From: Patescibacteria group bacterium
Lineage (GTDB): Bacteria; Patescibacteriota; Doudnabacteria; UBA920; O2-02-FULL-48-8
Direction of reading: 5' to 3'
NCBI GenBank assembly: GCA_036394315.1
Contig: DASWFI010000007.1
Span: 3,984 to 67,983, forward strand
Length of the DNA: 64,000 nucleotides
Within the stretch, counting starts at the first letter, position 1; every line of letters begins with the position of its first letter. The notes below the pieces were generated by a model that saw only the letters and a list, made by a program, of their open reading frames with translations, did not search any database and was not told where the DNA came from. Position numbers and translations under genes: made by a program. Positions 1 through 8,645 of the stretch are shown here, in pieces.

Positions 1-702
1 TTTGCCCTGTATAGATTTAAACCAAATTTTTCCACCTGAAGCCTCAATGAAAGCTTTGGCAATAAACAACCCCAGGCCAGTGCCTACAGATTCTACTTTA
101 TAAACATTGCTGCCTCGAAAAAATTTATTAAACACTTGCGCTTGTTGATTCTTGGGAATACCCATGCCTGTGTCAGTGATCGCGCACTCTAAAGTTTTAA
201 GGTCATTTTCCTTGACCCGAAGATCGATCGTGACTTTGCCGTGTTGCGGAGTGTAGGCCAAGGCATTGTTAATGAGATTATTAAACGCCTGCTTGATCTT
301 ACTCGCTTCCGTGCGGACCACCGGAAAAGGCTCGTGTTCGACAGTGAAGGACACTTGCAACCCTTTTCTTTGGATTTCTTTTTCTTTCTCTTTAAGGAGG
401 CTACGGATAATCACGGTAAGATCAGTGGGCTGTAGATAGAGTTTGGTTTCCCCTTTTTCCACACGCGAAACTTCCAGCAAGTCATTCACCAGTGCAATTA
501 AGCGTTCGTTAAAAAAAACTGTTTTTTCTATATATTCTTTTTGTTTCTTGCTCAGGGGACCGGAGCTTGGCCGCTGGAGCAATTCCAGCATCCATTTCAT
601 GCCTGATAGCGGTGTTCGCAGTTGATGCGAAGCCAAGTTGGCGAAATCCGACGCAAAGTCGCCTTCTTTTTCTTTTTTTAACTTTGATCTTTTGCCTGCC
701 AT
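1..702 (-). CDS. Sensor histidine kinase lacking a sensor domain (HisKA + HATPase_c only); C-terminus truncated by the window edge
   Basis: Reverse-strand translation from ATG at 700-702: MAGKRSKLKK...HQLRTPLSGM (H-box)...NALAYTP (N-box)...DTGMGIP...GTGLGL (G-boxes). No TM or sensor domain before the H-box. The six-frame track missed it because no stop lies inside the window. Confidence 0.8.
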   Translation of the reverse strand, partial: MAGKRSKLKKEKEGDFASDFANLASHQLRTPLSGMKWMLELLQRPSSGPLSKKQKEYIEKTVFFNERLIALVNDLLEVSRVEKGETKLYLQPTDLTVIIRSLLKEKEKEIQRKGLQVSFTVEHEPFPVVRTEASKIKQAFNNLINNALAYTPQHGKVTIDLRVKENDLKTLECAITDTGMGIPKNQQAQVFNKFFRGSNVYKVESVGTGLGLFIAKAFIEASGGKIWFKSIQGK

Positions 703-711
703 TTTTTAAAT

Positions 712-2448
712 TTATTTACTGACTATAGGTAAATGCGCCAAAAAAGTCGAGCCCTTCCCGGCCTGCGAGAATGCTTCCACTTTACCGCCGTGCGCTTCCG
801 CAATCCCTTTGGCGATAACTAACCCTAAGCCCGTGCCTTTTTTTTCCGACATAACACCTTGTTCCAACTGAGTAAATTTATTAAATAATTTGTGCAAATG
901 CTCTTCCGGAATACCAACCCCTGTGTCTGTGACGGCCAAAACGAGCTGGTCAGAATCAAAAGATATTTCCTTAATTCCTGGCCAGATCATACCCAAACTG
1001 CTTACTTTTTTAAGCAGGCTCTCCCCGTCCTTCATAAAGAAGACGGATGTTGTGATTTTACCTTGTTGCGTGAATTTGATCGCATTTGATAAAAAATTAT
1101 TCAAAACCTGAGAAATTTTATTTTCATCCAAAGAAAAACTGGCTGGTAATTCTGGATCTATTTTGGTTTCCAAAATGACATGATTTTCGGCCGCCAAGGA
1201 TGCGAATGATTGAGTACGATTTTTTACGACATCAGCGATGTTGGTGTCTCTTCGCAGCAATTGAAATTTCCCTGCCTCAAGTTTGGCCACATCCAACAGA
1301 TCATTGACCAAGTCGAGCATGGACGCGGCATTAGAGACGATCAGCTCGATAAACTCCTGATATTTCTTTTGTTCGTTTTTAATTTTATCTTCTTTCAATA
1401 AGTTGGCTATGGATCGGATGCCAGTGAGCGGGCTTCGGAGTTCGTGGACCATCATAGAAGTAAAATCATCGCGCATTTTTTCTACCGCTTTTTCCTTGGT
1501 GATGTCGTGAAATAAAACTACGACACCCAAAGGCTCGTTTTGTGTATCTTTCACCGGACTTATAAGCACGCGCAAAACTTTATCCGAGAGCTTCAGTTGT
1601 TCCTCCACAATCAGTTTGTCATTGCGCATGCTTTCTTCCATCTTCGTCCGCAAATCCATTTTGGAGGAAAGCTTGTCCAAAATATCCAGAATTGTCGGCT
1701 GGGATTTCGAAATGGAAAGCATTTGCTTGGCCGTGGGATTGATAACCAACAATCGGTTTCTGGTGTCCACCATGAGTACGCCATCAGCCATGGATTCGAC
1801 CATAGCATTGAGTTTGCCTTTTTCCTGGTTTAAAATATTTTCCAGTTTGGAAACCGCTGTCGAAGCCTGGTGCATGATGGTATAAAGGATCATCATTTCC
1901 TCTTCTTTGTATAATCCTACTTTAGTGGAAGAAACATTAAGCAACCCCACCGGCTGATCATTGATTACGACTGGCACGTTAAATAAAGATTTTATGGTAT
2001 GTTTGTTGGATTCGTCAGTGATGGTGCCGGAGATGCTTTCATCCACGTTTTCCAATTTGATTTCCCGGGCAGTAAGGGCAGTCAGCGATGCGATCATCCG
2101 GTTTTCTACATCATCAATAAATTTTTTGTTCACCGATTCTTCGACTATGCAGTGGAAAATTACCCGGCCTTCTTCGCCTAAAATAAGATAAGACACTGTG
2201 GAGTAATCCATTAGTTTTCGCAGAGAACTGGTCACCACGTCCACAATTTTTTGTACGTTTAAAGAATAACCGATGCGATCCCCCAATTCTTTCAAGATGG
2301 AGACTTCATACATCCGCCTTTGCATTTCGAATTCCTTGCTCTTCAAATTGTTGCGTATGCGGGCATTTTCTATCCAAACAAAAACAAAGACAATCACTGT
2401 GTAAATTGCCAGCACTATAAAAAATTGTCCTGATTCAAATCCCGCCAT
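712..2448 (-). CDS. Membrane sensor histidine kinase (N-terminal TM, GAF/PAS-like region, HisKA, HATPase_c)
   Basis: 578 aa ORF: hydrophobic N-terminus, HELRSPLTGI H-box, NAIKFT N-box, DTGVGIP and GTGLGL G-boxes. Confidence 0.85.
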   Translation of the reverse strand: MAGFESGQFFIVLAIYTVIVFVFVWIENARIRNNLKSKEFEMQRRMYEVSILKELGDRIGYSLNVQKIVDVVTSSLRKLMDYSTVSYLILGEEGRVIFHCIVEESVNKKFIDDVENRMIASLTALTAREIKLENVDESISGTITDESNKHTIKSLFNVPVVINDQPVGLLNVSSTKVGLYKEEEMMILYTIMHQASTAVSKLENILNQEKGKLNAMVESMADGVLMVDTRNRLLVINPTAKQMLSISKSQPTILDILDKLSSKMDLRTKMEESMRNDKLIVEEQLKLSDKVLRVLISPVKDTQNEPLGVVVLFHDITKEKAVEKMRDDFTSMMVHELRSPLTGIRSIANLLKEDKIKNEQKKYQEFIELIVSNAASMLDLVNDLLDVAKLEAGKFQLLRRDTNIADVVKNRTQSFASLAAENHVILETKIDPELPASFSLDENKISQVLNNFLSNAIKFTQQGKITTSVFFMKDGESLLKKVSSLGMIWPGIKEISFDSDQLVLAVTDTGVGIPEEHLHKLFNKFTQLEQGVMSEKKGTGLGLVIAKGIAEAHGGKVEAFSQAGKGSTFLAHLPIVSK

Positions 2449-2476
2449 TATTTTTTGTTTCTCGTGAACGTGGTAG

Positions 2477-2782
2477 CTAAACTTTGGTACCCGATGCTAA
2501 TTTGGAAAATCCCAATCCCAAAAAAACCAACCCTATCAAACTCATGATGTCCTGAAGAATTGCAGACTGTAAAGTTGGCTTTATAATCGAAAAATTGACC
2601 AATGCGTGCTCAATCGCTGAGAGAGAGAAAAATATAATCCCAATACCCAAGAGCCGAATAGCCTTGCCCACTATTCCACCATATGCCTTAGTAGTGATCA
2701 TAAAATTATAAAAGACCCCAATCAGGACAACGGCTATACAGCCTTGTATAAACAAATTAGTAGTAGATTCAAATTGAAACAT
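2477..2782 (-). CDS. Small integral membrane protein (hypothetical)
   Basis: 101 aa with about three hydrophobic helices, between the HK and RR genes. Confidence 0.5.
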   Translation of the reverse strand: MFQFESTTNLFIQGCIAVVLIGVFYNFMITTKAYGGIVGKAIRLLGIGIIFFSLSAIEHALVNFSIIKPTLQSAILQDIMSLIGLVFLGLGFSKLASGTKV

Positions 2783-2804
2783 TTTGGTTTTTACCTCGCT
2801 ATAT

Positions 2805-3077
2805 TTAATTAATGTTAATTTTTATTTCAGGGTATTTGGCCAGAACAGGGTTAAGAACATTTTTCACGATCTGGCCTGAGAGAGCGATGTATTCATCGAT
2901 CAGGTTTTGTAGGACAGTTTGCGGATCCCCTTCGATATTCTCCACCATGCCATCCTTAGCCAAAGTTAATCCTGGGACACTACGGGCTTTGAGTAAAACA
3001 ATATCAGATCCTAAAATTATTGTTTGTTTGACAATAATATCATTAATTAGTTTTTTATAATCTTCTAATTGTGCCAT
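2805..3077 (-). CDS. Hypothetical protein, same operon as the response regulator
   Basis: 90 aa ORF packed tightly between neighbouring genes on the same strand. Confidence 0.45.
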   Translation of the reverse strand: MAQLEDYKKLINDIIVKQTIILGSDIVLLKARSVPGLTLAKDGMVENIEGDPQTVLQNLIDEYIALSGQIVKNVLNPVLAKYPEIKININ

Positions 3078-3081
3078 GGGT

Positions 3082-3480
3082 TTATTTAGGCAGTTCGCCG
3101 CGTCGCTTCATCACGGTTTTAATTTTAGCCACCAATTCTTCCAAACGATAATTCGCCTTTACCAGGTAATCCATAGCTCCCAACGACAAAGCCTCTGAAA
3201 CTTTATCATAATCCGAGAGGTTGGTCAGAATCACCACCTGAATATCTTTTGTCTCCGGGTTTTCTTTCATCTGCTTGAGTGCACCTATCCCATCGAGTCG
3301 GGGCATGACTAAATCCAGCAGGATCAGATCGGGTTTTTCCGAAACGGCTTTTTCCACTCCTTCCATTCCATCCTTGGCGCCCACGACCTCAAAACCCTCT
3401 TGTTTCAGCTCCTCGCAAAGCGCGGTAAGCAAGATTTCCTCGTCCTCGACGATCAAAACCTTAATTTTTTTATCTACCAT
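3082..3480 (-). CDS. Stand-alone response regulator receiver domain (CheY-like)
   Basis: KVLIVEDE...LILLDLVMP...phospho-acceptor Asp context...ILTNLSD...K; 132 aa with no output domain. Confidence 0.85.
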   Translation of the reverse strand: MVDKKIKVLIVEDEEILLTALCEELKQEGFEVVGAKDGMEGVEKAVSEKPDLILLDLVMPRLDGIGALKQMKENPETKDIQVVILTNLSDYDKVSEALSLGAMDYLVKANYRLEELVAKIKTVMKRRGELPK

Positions 3481-3604
3481 ATTTTTGTGTCTTTTCTTGT
3501 TAAATTGACTGTAATATTATAGCATATACTGACTAAAAAGAAAAAACCCAGCTAATCTATCCCACGAACGACGAACCACCCCCTTATTAAAACCTACTAT
3601 CCAA

Positions 3605-3640
3605 AGAAAAAAGTCTTTGACTTCTATCAAAGACTTTTTT
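3605..3640. terminator. Bidirectional rho-independent terminator
   Basis: aaaaaAGTCTTTGActtctatCAAAGACTtttttt: a 9-10 bp stem flanked by an A-tract and a T-tract, directly 3' of the tRNA-Tyr 3' end. Confidence 0.7.
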
Positions 3641-3641
3641 C

Positions 3642-3912
3642 TGGTGGGGAGTGAAGGATTTGCACCTTCGAAGGCTAAAGCCAGCTGATTTCATTTTTTC
3701 CTAAGGTTTCCCAAAGGCATGGACTATATCATCACCATTTCAGGTGTTCCAGTATCTAGTCTCTACGGGCTCTCTTTTGGAGATTCCCACGGTATTGGCT
3801 TGGCTTTCGCTTTAGCGTTCACCGTTATCCTGGAATGTTCATCTTGAAGTTTCCCCCAAGAGCTGCAATTGTTCTCACAGTCAGCCCCGTTTGACTACTT
3901 CGGTAACTCCCC
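3642..3912 (-). tRNA. tRNA-Tyr(GUA) precursor interrupted by a group I intron; exon 1 at 3877-3912, intron at 3692-3876, exon 2 at 3642-3691, CCA encoded
   Basis: Exons fold as a type II tRNA. Acceptor GGGGAGU pairs with ACUCCCC, A73, then CCA. Anticodon stem GCUGA/UCAGC and loop CUGU|AAA, giving anticodon GUA. T-arm is GAAGG-UGCAAAU-CCUUC, the same T-stem as E. coli tRNA-Tyr, and the variable arm is long. The intron sits between nt 35 and 36 of the anticodon loop. Confidence 0.72.
3692..3876 (-). ncRNA. Group I intron (~185 nt) inside the tRNA-Tyr anticodon loop
   Basis: The 5' exon ends in U and the intron ends in G (omega-G). P1 can form between exon CUGU and internal guide GCAG with U.G at the splice site. 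R-like element GUAGAGACUAGA and S-like element GAUAUAGUCC form P7 (GACUA/UAGUC). A P-like element AAUUGCAGC..GGGAAAC is present. Confidence 0.68.
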
Positions 3913-3936
3913 ATATCTTTTAACCAACTATCTTTC

Positions 3937-4010
3937 TGGAGCCCCCGGGTAGAATCGAACTACCGCCTACAGTTTACAAAACTGTTGTTCTGCCACTGAA
4001 CTAAGGGGGC
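3937..4010 (-). tRNA. tRNA-Thr(UGU), CCA encoded
   Basis: Reverse complement GCCCCCUUAGUUCAGUGGCAGAACAACAGUUUUGUAAACUGUAGGCGGUAGUUCGAUUCUACCCGGGGGCUCCA. Anticodon loop UUUGUAA, T-loop UUCGAUU, discriminator U73, one U-C mismatch at 7:66. Confidence 0.85.
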
Positions 4011-4036
4011 AAAAATTGCTAACAACTAATTTTATC

Positions 4037-4888
4037 TTAAATCTTAAGCCTCATCAACTTTTCACGGGCGGTTTTATTGCCCGGTTCAAGCGCCAGGATT
4101 TGTTCCAGGACTTCCTCTGCACGCACGTAATTTTCCAATTTCACATAAGCATCTGCCAGCAAGCTGAGGTAATTAACATTTAATTTATCCAGCTGGACCG
4201 CGGAAGAAAGGGCTTTTACAGCTTTGGTATAATCCTCCAGTGCTTCAAAGCACAGCCCCAAATTTACCCACCGCGTGGGTATTTTGCTGTTAATGCTCAG
4301 GGCTTTCTCGTATGCCTCTTTCGCCTTTTGGTATTCCTTCAGCGAATAATGCGACATTCCCAAATTGCTGTAATAAATATCTCTGGTCGGATCAAGTTTG
4401 ACCAGATATTCATAAGTCTGTACTGCATCAGCGTAATTTTTATTTTGCAGATACAATCTGCCCAGCGCCTCATAAGCTTCTCGATCGTGGGGATTTTTTT
4501 TAATCGCCGCCAGATAAAGATCTTCGGGGGTTTGGTTCGCGGAAGGCTTAATGCTCAACTCAGCCGCCTCAGGCAGCCACTGCGGATCGGCTGTAGAAGA
4601 TCTGATACGGATCCGAAAAGCGCTTTTCACTTTTTCGTATTGACTCTCAAAAGTTTTCGTGGCGGCGGGTTTCAAATCCTTCGCTTCCAAAATAAAACGC
4701 CAAAGCTTGTGAGCCACGATTCCCAACTTCTGCTTGATGTAAGGCCAAAGATCGTAATGATGAGTTGTCGTTGGTGTAATTCGCAATCGAATCTGCGGCC
4801 GGCTGTTAAGCTGGCCGAGTTTGAATAAAAACAAACTCACAGCAACCAAAACCGCGACTGCTAAAACAACAACTAAGGAGATAATCAT
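4037..4888 (-). CDS. Membrane-anchored TPR-repeat protein
   Basis: N-terminal hydrophobic helix, then repeated Y/A/L-rich 34-residue TPR-like units (AYEALGRLYLQNKNYADAVQTYEYLVKLDP...). Confidence 0.6.
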   Translation of the reverse strand: MIISLVVVLAVAVLVAVSLFLFKLGQLNSRPQIRLRITPTTTHHYDLWPYIKQKLGIVAHKLWRFILEAKDLKPAATKTFESQYEKVKSAFRIRIRSSTADPQWLPEAAELSIKPSANQTPEDLYLAAIKKNPHDREAYEALGRLYLQNKNYADAVQTYEYLVKLDPTRDIYYSNLGMSHYSLKEYQKAKEAYEKALSINSKIPTRWVNLGLCFEALEDYTKAVKALSSAVQLDKLNVNYLSLLADAYVKLENYVRAEEVLEQILALEPGNKTAREKLMRLKI

Positions 4889-4889
4889 C

Positions 4890-5477
4890 TTACTCCGCTC
4901 CGACTACGAACCGTGAAAATCTACGAACTTGGATGTTTTCGCCCAGTTTCGCCACTCTTTCAGCGATCAAGTCTTTGACTTTTTTCTCCGGCTCGCGCAC
5001 GTAAGGCTGGTCCAGCAGACAAACCTGTTCGTAATATTTTTCTAATTTGCCGGTGAGAATCTGCTCCTGCATATTTGCCGGTTTGCCTTTGATCTGCTCA
5101 GCGTAAATCTGTTTTTCGTTATCTATGGCATTCTGCGGCACTTCCTCGCGCGAGACGTATAAAGGCGAGGCCGCGGCTACGTGCAGAGCAATTTCCTGGG
5201 CCAATGCCTGAAAATCTTCATTTCTGGCCACAAAGTCAGTTTCACAATTAAGCTCCAGCAGTACACCCACTTTGCCGCCGGCGTGAATGTAGGAAGTGAC
5301 GATTCCCTCTTTCGTGGTCCTACTAGATTTTTTGGCAAGTGAAGCATGACCTTTTTTGCGTAAAATGGTTATGGCTTCATGAAAATCCTTTGCTTCTTGC
5401 AAAGCTTTCTTTGCATCCATCATTCCCGCGCCCGTAACATCTCGAAGTTTCTTAATATCTTCTGTTGTAATTTGCAT
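4890..5477 (-). CDS. tsf: Elongation factor Ts
   Basis: MQITTEDIKKLRDVTGAGMMDAKKAL... UBA-like N-terminus typical of EF-Ts, immediately downstream of rpsB. Confidence 0.9.
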   Translation of the reverse strand: MQITTEDIKKLRDVTGAGMMDAKKALQEAKDFHEAITILRKKGHASLAKKSSRTTKEGIVTSYIHAGGKVGVLLELNCETDFVARNEDFQALAQEIALHVAAASPLYVSREEVPQNAIDNEKQIYAEQIKGKPANMQEQILTGKLEKYYEQVCLLDQPYVREPEKKVKDLIAERVAKLGENIQVRRFSRFVVGAE

Positions 5478-5501
5478 TTTGTACTCCTTTTATACTTTAT
5501 A

Positions 5502-6233
5502 CTATTTGGCTACTGCCGCGCCCTCAGTTTGAGCCATGATCGTTTGAGCCATATTATTGCGGCCCTCGTTGATCGCATCCGCCATGACCGAAGTCATGTA
5601 GCTTATCACCTTGATCGCATCATCGTTAGATGGAATCATATAGTCGACGTTGGTCGGATCCGAGTTTGTATCCACGAGACCGATCACTTTGACTTTTGAC
5701 TGGCGGGCTTCTTCCACCGGAATGTGATCATATTTAGTGTCGAGCACGAAAATTGCTTCAGGCAACTTTTTCATATCCTTGATTCCGGAAAAGAAAGTTT
5801 TCATCTTTTCCACTTCACGCGCGATCATCAACTGCTCTTTCTTGGTATATTTTTTGATCTCCCCGCTTTCGATCATCTTTTCCATCTTTTCCATCTTCTT
5901 GATGGTTCTTTGAATGGTACGGAAATTAGTGAAAGTCCCACCCAGCCAGCGTGTGACCACATAAGGCATGTTACAGGACTCGGCAGCTTTGCGCACTTCT
6001 TCTTTTGCCTGTCTTTTGGTTCCGACAAATAAAACCGTTCCGCCTCGAGCAACTGTTTCTTTGGCAAAGTTCAAAGCTTCAGTCAGCTTCTTGCGAGTTT
6101 TTTCCAAATCCAAAATATGGATATTGTTGCGCTGCGTGTATATATAAGATGCCATTTTAGGATTCCACAAGGAAGTCTTGTGGCCAAAATGCACGCCAGC
6201 CTTAAGCATCTCCATCAAATTGATGGTTTTCAT
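5502..6233 (-). CDS. rpsB: 30S ribosomal protein S2
   Basis: MLKAGVHFGHKTSLWNPKMASYIY...; conserved rpsB-tsf gene order. Confidence 0.95.
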   Translation of the reverse strand: MKTINLMEMLKAGVHFGHKTSLWNPKMASYIYTQRNNIHILDLEKTRKKLTEALNFAKETVARGGTVLFVGTKRQAKEEVRKAAESCNMPYVVTRWLGGTFTNFRTIQRTIKKMEKMEKMIESGEIKKYTKKEQLMIAREVEKMKTFFSGIKDMKKLPEAIFVLDTKYDHIPVEEARQSKVKVIGLVDTNSDPTNVDYMIPSNDDAIKVISYMTSVMADAINEGRNNMAQTIMAQTEGAAVAK

Positions 6234-6396
6234 AAATTATTGATCCTTTATACTTCTGCTCCCGTCATCTGTTTTAGGAATCTCGAGGTTCATTGTCTTG
6301 ATCCTCGAAACAAGGCCTAAACACATCAGGTGAGCATGTATGATTAATAGCTCATGGATTCTAGCATATAAAAGTGCTGGTGGCAAGAGCAGGATT

Positions 6397-6452
6397 TGTC
6401 TACATTTAAACGCGACATTTGAAAAATGTTGTCGGAATTTGACGCGAAGGAG
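6397..6452. repeat. Conserved ~56 nt intergenic element, copy A (upstream of the rpsB promoter); copy B is at 10247-10302
   Basis: gtctacatttaaacgcgacatttgaaaaatgttgtcggaatttgacgcgaaggag versus gtcagcagttaccgcgacacttggaaaaatttagtcagaatttgacgcaaacgag. About 80% identity by hand alignment; shared core cgcgaca.ttg.aaaaat.t.gtc.gaatttgacgc.aa.gag. Confidence 0.6.
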
Positions 6453-6552
6453 TAAGCCTGCAGCCCAGGGGAAATTTGCCGCTGTCCGAGCGACTAAAAA
6501 TCGGCTTTGATTTGTCCATGTCGCGAGTCCGGCAAATTTCCGACTTTTTTTG

Positions 6553-6580
6553 CGCTACTTTTCTTCTAGAAGAAAAGTAG
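6553..6580. promoter_or_regulatory. Perfect 13 bp inverted repeat GCTACTTTTCTTC-tag-GAAGAAAAGTAGC; a homologous hairpin sits at 10405-10432
   Basis: Perfect palindrome. The same GCTACTTTT...AAAAGTAGC-type hairpin recurs in the other r-protein upstream region with one mismatch. Confidence 0.5.
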
Positions 6581-6615
6581 CAAATAAAAAAGCCTTGCCG
6601 GTTTGCCCGGAAAGG
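6581..6615 (-). terminator. Rho-independent terminator of the upstream minus-strand gene
   Basis: On the minus strand: GCCTTTCCGGGcaaaCCGGCAAGGC followed by TTTTTTATTT. Confidence 0.65.
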
Positions 6616-6619
6616 CTTA

Positions 6620-7089
6620 TTACTGAATCCCGCCGTAGCCAAAGAAGAGTTTTCGCACATCCGGCGGTAGCCGTTTGGCGGGTTCGATACAGTTCCTCAC
6701 GAAGATATTCGGATGTGATTTCTGTCCCTCGAGAGGAGGTATAAACATTCCATTTTTCATCTTCTTCTCACTAAAAACGTGTGGAGACTGACGTCTTCCA
6801 TTGATGTAGATGACAGTATTGGAACTGGTATCACCACGCTGTTCCGATGCGTTCAGTTGAAGGCCTTTGCGATCTTTCAGAACGAACACACTGCAGCCTG
6901 GAATTGAGTAGTACGGTCTTTCAAAGATCTTGAGTAATTCTTCACTCCTCAGATCCTCGACTTTCCACTCCTGTGCCTGTGTTTCGACCACGCGCACGTT
7001 TGTCGGCGCCCTCGGAGGATTCGGCTTCCGCGTCTGCTCACCGGTCAGGGCCAGAACTGCCACGAGAACGATCAACACATGAGTCATGA
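6620..7089 (-). CDS. Small secreted hypothetical protein with a signal peptide (start chosen at MTHVLIV..)
   Basis: The track ORF is 6620-7129. The ATG at 7087-7089 is preceded by GAGGTG and followed by a hydrophobic signal sequence MTHVLIVLVAVLALTG. Confidence 0.5.
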
Positions 7090-7225
7090 TTTCACCTCTT
7101 TTTGCGAAGCTGGTTTCGTCGGATGACAAGGATGCGTCGGATGATCAACGATAGAAAAACAATTGCAATGGCTACGATTTGCACACATCCTCCTTCCCTT
7201 TGCTAACAACCAATAATATCCTGTC

Positions 7226-7254
7226 TTGACTTATATGTCAATCTACGCTATAAT
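7226..7254 (+). promoter_or_regulatory. Consensus sigma-70 promoter for rpmE
   Basis: TTGACT (7226-7231), 17 nt spacer, TATAAT (7249-7254), about 10 nt upstream of the rpmE ATG. Confidence 0.65.
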
Positions 7255-7263
7255 CCCATAGCT

Positions 7264-7512
7264 ATGAAAATAAATTTACACCCACAATATTTTACTAACG
7301 CCAAGGTTGTCTGTGCTTGCGGCAATACCTTTACCACGGGTTCCACTAGACAGGAACTCCATGTTGAAATTTGCTCCAACTGCCATCCATTCTATACTGG
7401 CAAGCAAAACCTCATCGACGCCGCCGGTACGATTGATAAATTCAAAAAACGAACTTCCAAAGCCGCTGAGTTGAAATCCAAACGCATCACGAAGAAACTA
7501 GCCAAAGTTTAG
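7264..7512 (+). CDS. rpmE: 50S ribosomal protein L31
   Basis: [29 protein letters not shown], the L31 CxxC zinc-ribbon signature. Confidence 0.9.
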   Translation: MKINLHPQYFTNAKVVCACGNTFTTGSTRQELHVEICSNCHPFYTGKQNLIDAAGTIDKFKKRTSKAAELKSKRITKKLAKV

Positions 7513-7589
7513 ATACTCAAAAGACGTCATTTAAGATACAATATCTTTGATGGCGTCTTTTTAATTCGTAATTCGCCTTTCGTTAATAT

Positions 7590-8645
7590 ATGGAACTCAA
7601 CTATTTACATCTGCAAAAAGAATACGATCAGATAAACGATAAACTTTCCCAAACGACTGATCGACAGGAATTAGCTAAGCTCGGCAAACGGCAATCCGAG
7701 CTTTTGCCAGTGGTGACTAAAATCAACCGGCTGGAAAAAGTAAAATCAGAGATTGCCGAGCACGAAAAACTGATCGCGGAAGAATCCGAACTTTCTGAAA
7801 TGGCCCAGGCCGAGCTCCCCTCCCTTCAATCCGAGCAGGAAAAGCTTCTGGAAGAAATCCGTGTCTTCATGCTGCCAAAAGATCCTTACGATGAAAAAAA
7901 CATCATTGTGGAAATTCGCGCCGGTGCTGGGGGTGATGAGTCGGCATTATTTGCGGCTGAATTGTTTCGAATGTATAGCAAATATGCGGAAAGGTTAGGC
8001 TATAAAGTGGTCGTGGCTTCATCAAGCCGGAACTCTCTGGGCGGGTTCAAAGAAATAATTTTCGAAGTCTTGGGGCATGGAGCTTATTCCAAATTTAAAT
8101 ACGAATCCGGCGTGCATCGCGTGCAAAGAGTTCCCGAAACTGAAAAATCCGGCCGCGTCCATACTTCAACGGTCACTGTGGCAGTGATGCCGGAAATCGA
8201 AGAGGTAGATTTCAAAATCGATCCGAAAGATTTAAAGATGGAAGCCACCACGGCCTCTGGTCACGGCGGTCAGTCTGTAAACACCACTTACTCTGCCATT
8301 CGGCTGACTCACTTGCCTACGGGGATTACCGTGGTCATGCAGGACGAACGATCGCAGGCTCAAAACCGGGAGAAAGCCTTTGCCATCATGCGCGCCCGAG
8401 TCTTGGCTTTGGAAGAAGAACGTAAAAGGAAAGAATTGAGCGATAAACGAAAATCTCAGATCGGTACAGGTGATCGGTCTGAAAAAATCCGCACTTATAA
8501 TTTCCCCCAGGACAGAATCACAGATCATCGCATCAACCAAAATTGGAACCAGATCAACATGATCATCGACGGTGAACTAGGACAAATCACAGAGGCCATG
8601 ATTGCTGAAGATCAAAAAAGACAATTGGAAGCCGCGAACAAATGA
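7590..8645 (+). CDS. prfA: Peptide chain release factor 1
   Basis: GGQ motif ([11 protein letters not shown]) and an RF1-type P-x-T tripeptide (PET); followed by prmC as in canonical prfA-prmC operons. Confidence 0.9.
   Translation: MELNYLHLQKEYDQINDKLSQTTDRQELAKLGKRQSELLPVVTKINRLEKVKSEIAEHEKLIAEESELSEMAQAELPSLQSEQEKLLEEIRVFMLPKDPYDEKNIIVEIRAGAGGDESALFAAELFRMYSKYAERLGYKVVVASSSRNSLGGFKEIIFEVLGHGAYSKFKYESGVHRVQRVPETEKSGRVHTSTVTVAVMPEIEEVDFKIDPKDLKMEATTASGHGGQSVNTTYSAIRLTHLPTGITVVMQDERSQAQNREKAFAIMRARVLALEEERKRKELSDKRKSQIGTGDRSEKIRTYNFPQDRITDHRINQNWNQINMIIDGELGQITEAMIAEDQKRQLEAANK

Noticed and set aside
241-625. Two plus-strand ORFs (64 and 60 aa) at the window start.
   Set aside because: They are antisense to the well-supported histidine kinase catalytic domain.
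3642-3912. I first read this CCA-ending tRNA-like RNA with a GGGG 5' end as tmRNA.
   Set aside because: The acceptor has G3:C70 instead of the obligatory G3:U70, and no plausible tag frame exists. The exons assemble into tRNA-Tyr and the insert has group I P1/P7/omega-G features. The real tmRNA is at 62447-62827 beside smpB.
6406-6660. An 84 aa minus-strand ORF in the rpsB upstream region.
   Set aside because: It covers the conserved intergenic element, the palindrome and the terminator hairpin; it is a non-coding regulatory region.
7096-7200. A 34-codon ORF with AGGAGG immediately abutting its ATG (minus strand).
   Set aside because: A zero-nt SD-to-ATG spacing is non-functional. It is probably a chance ORF in the promoter region of the secreted-protein gene.
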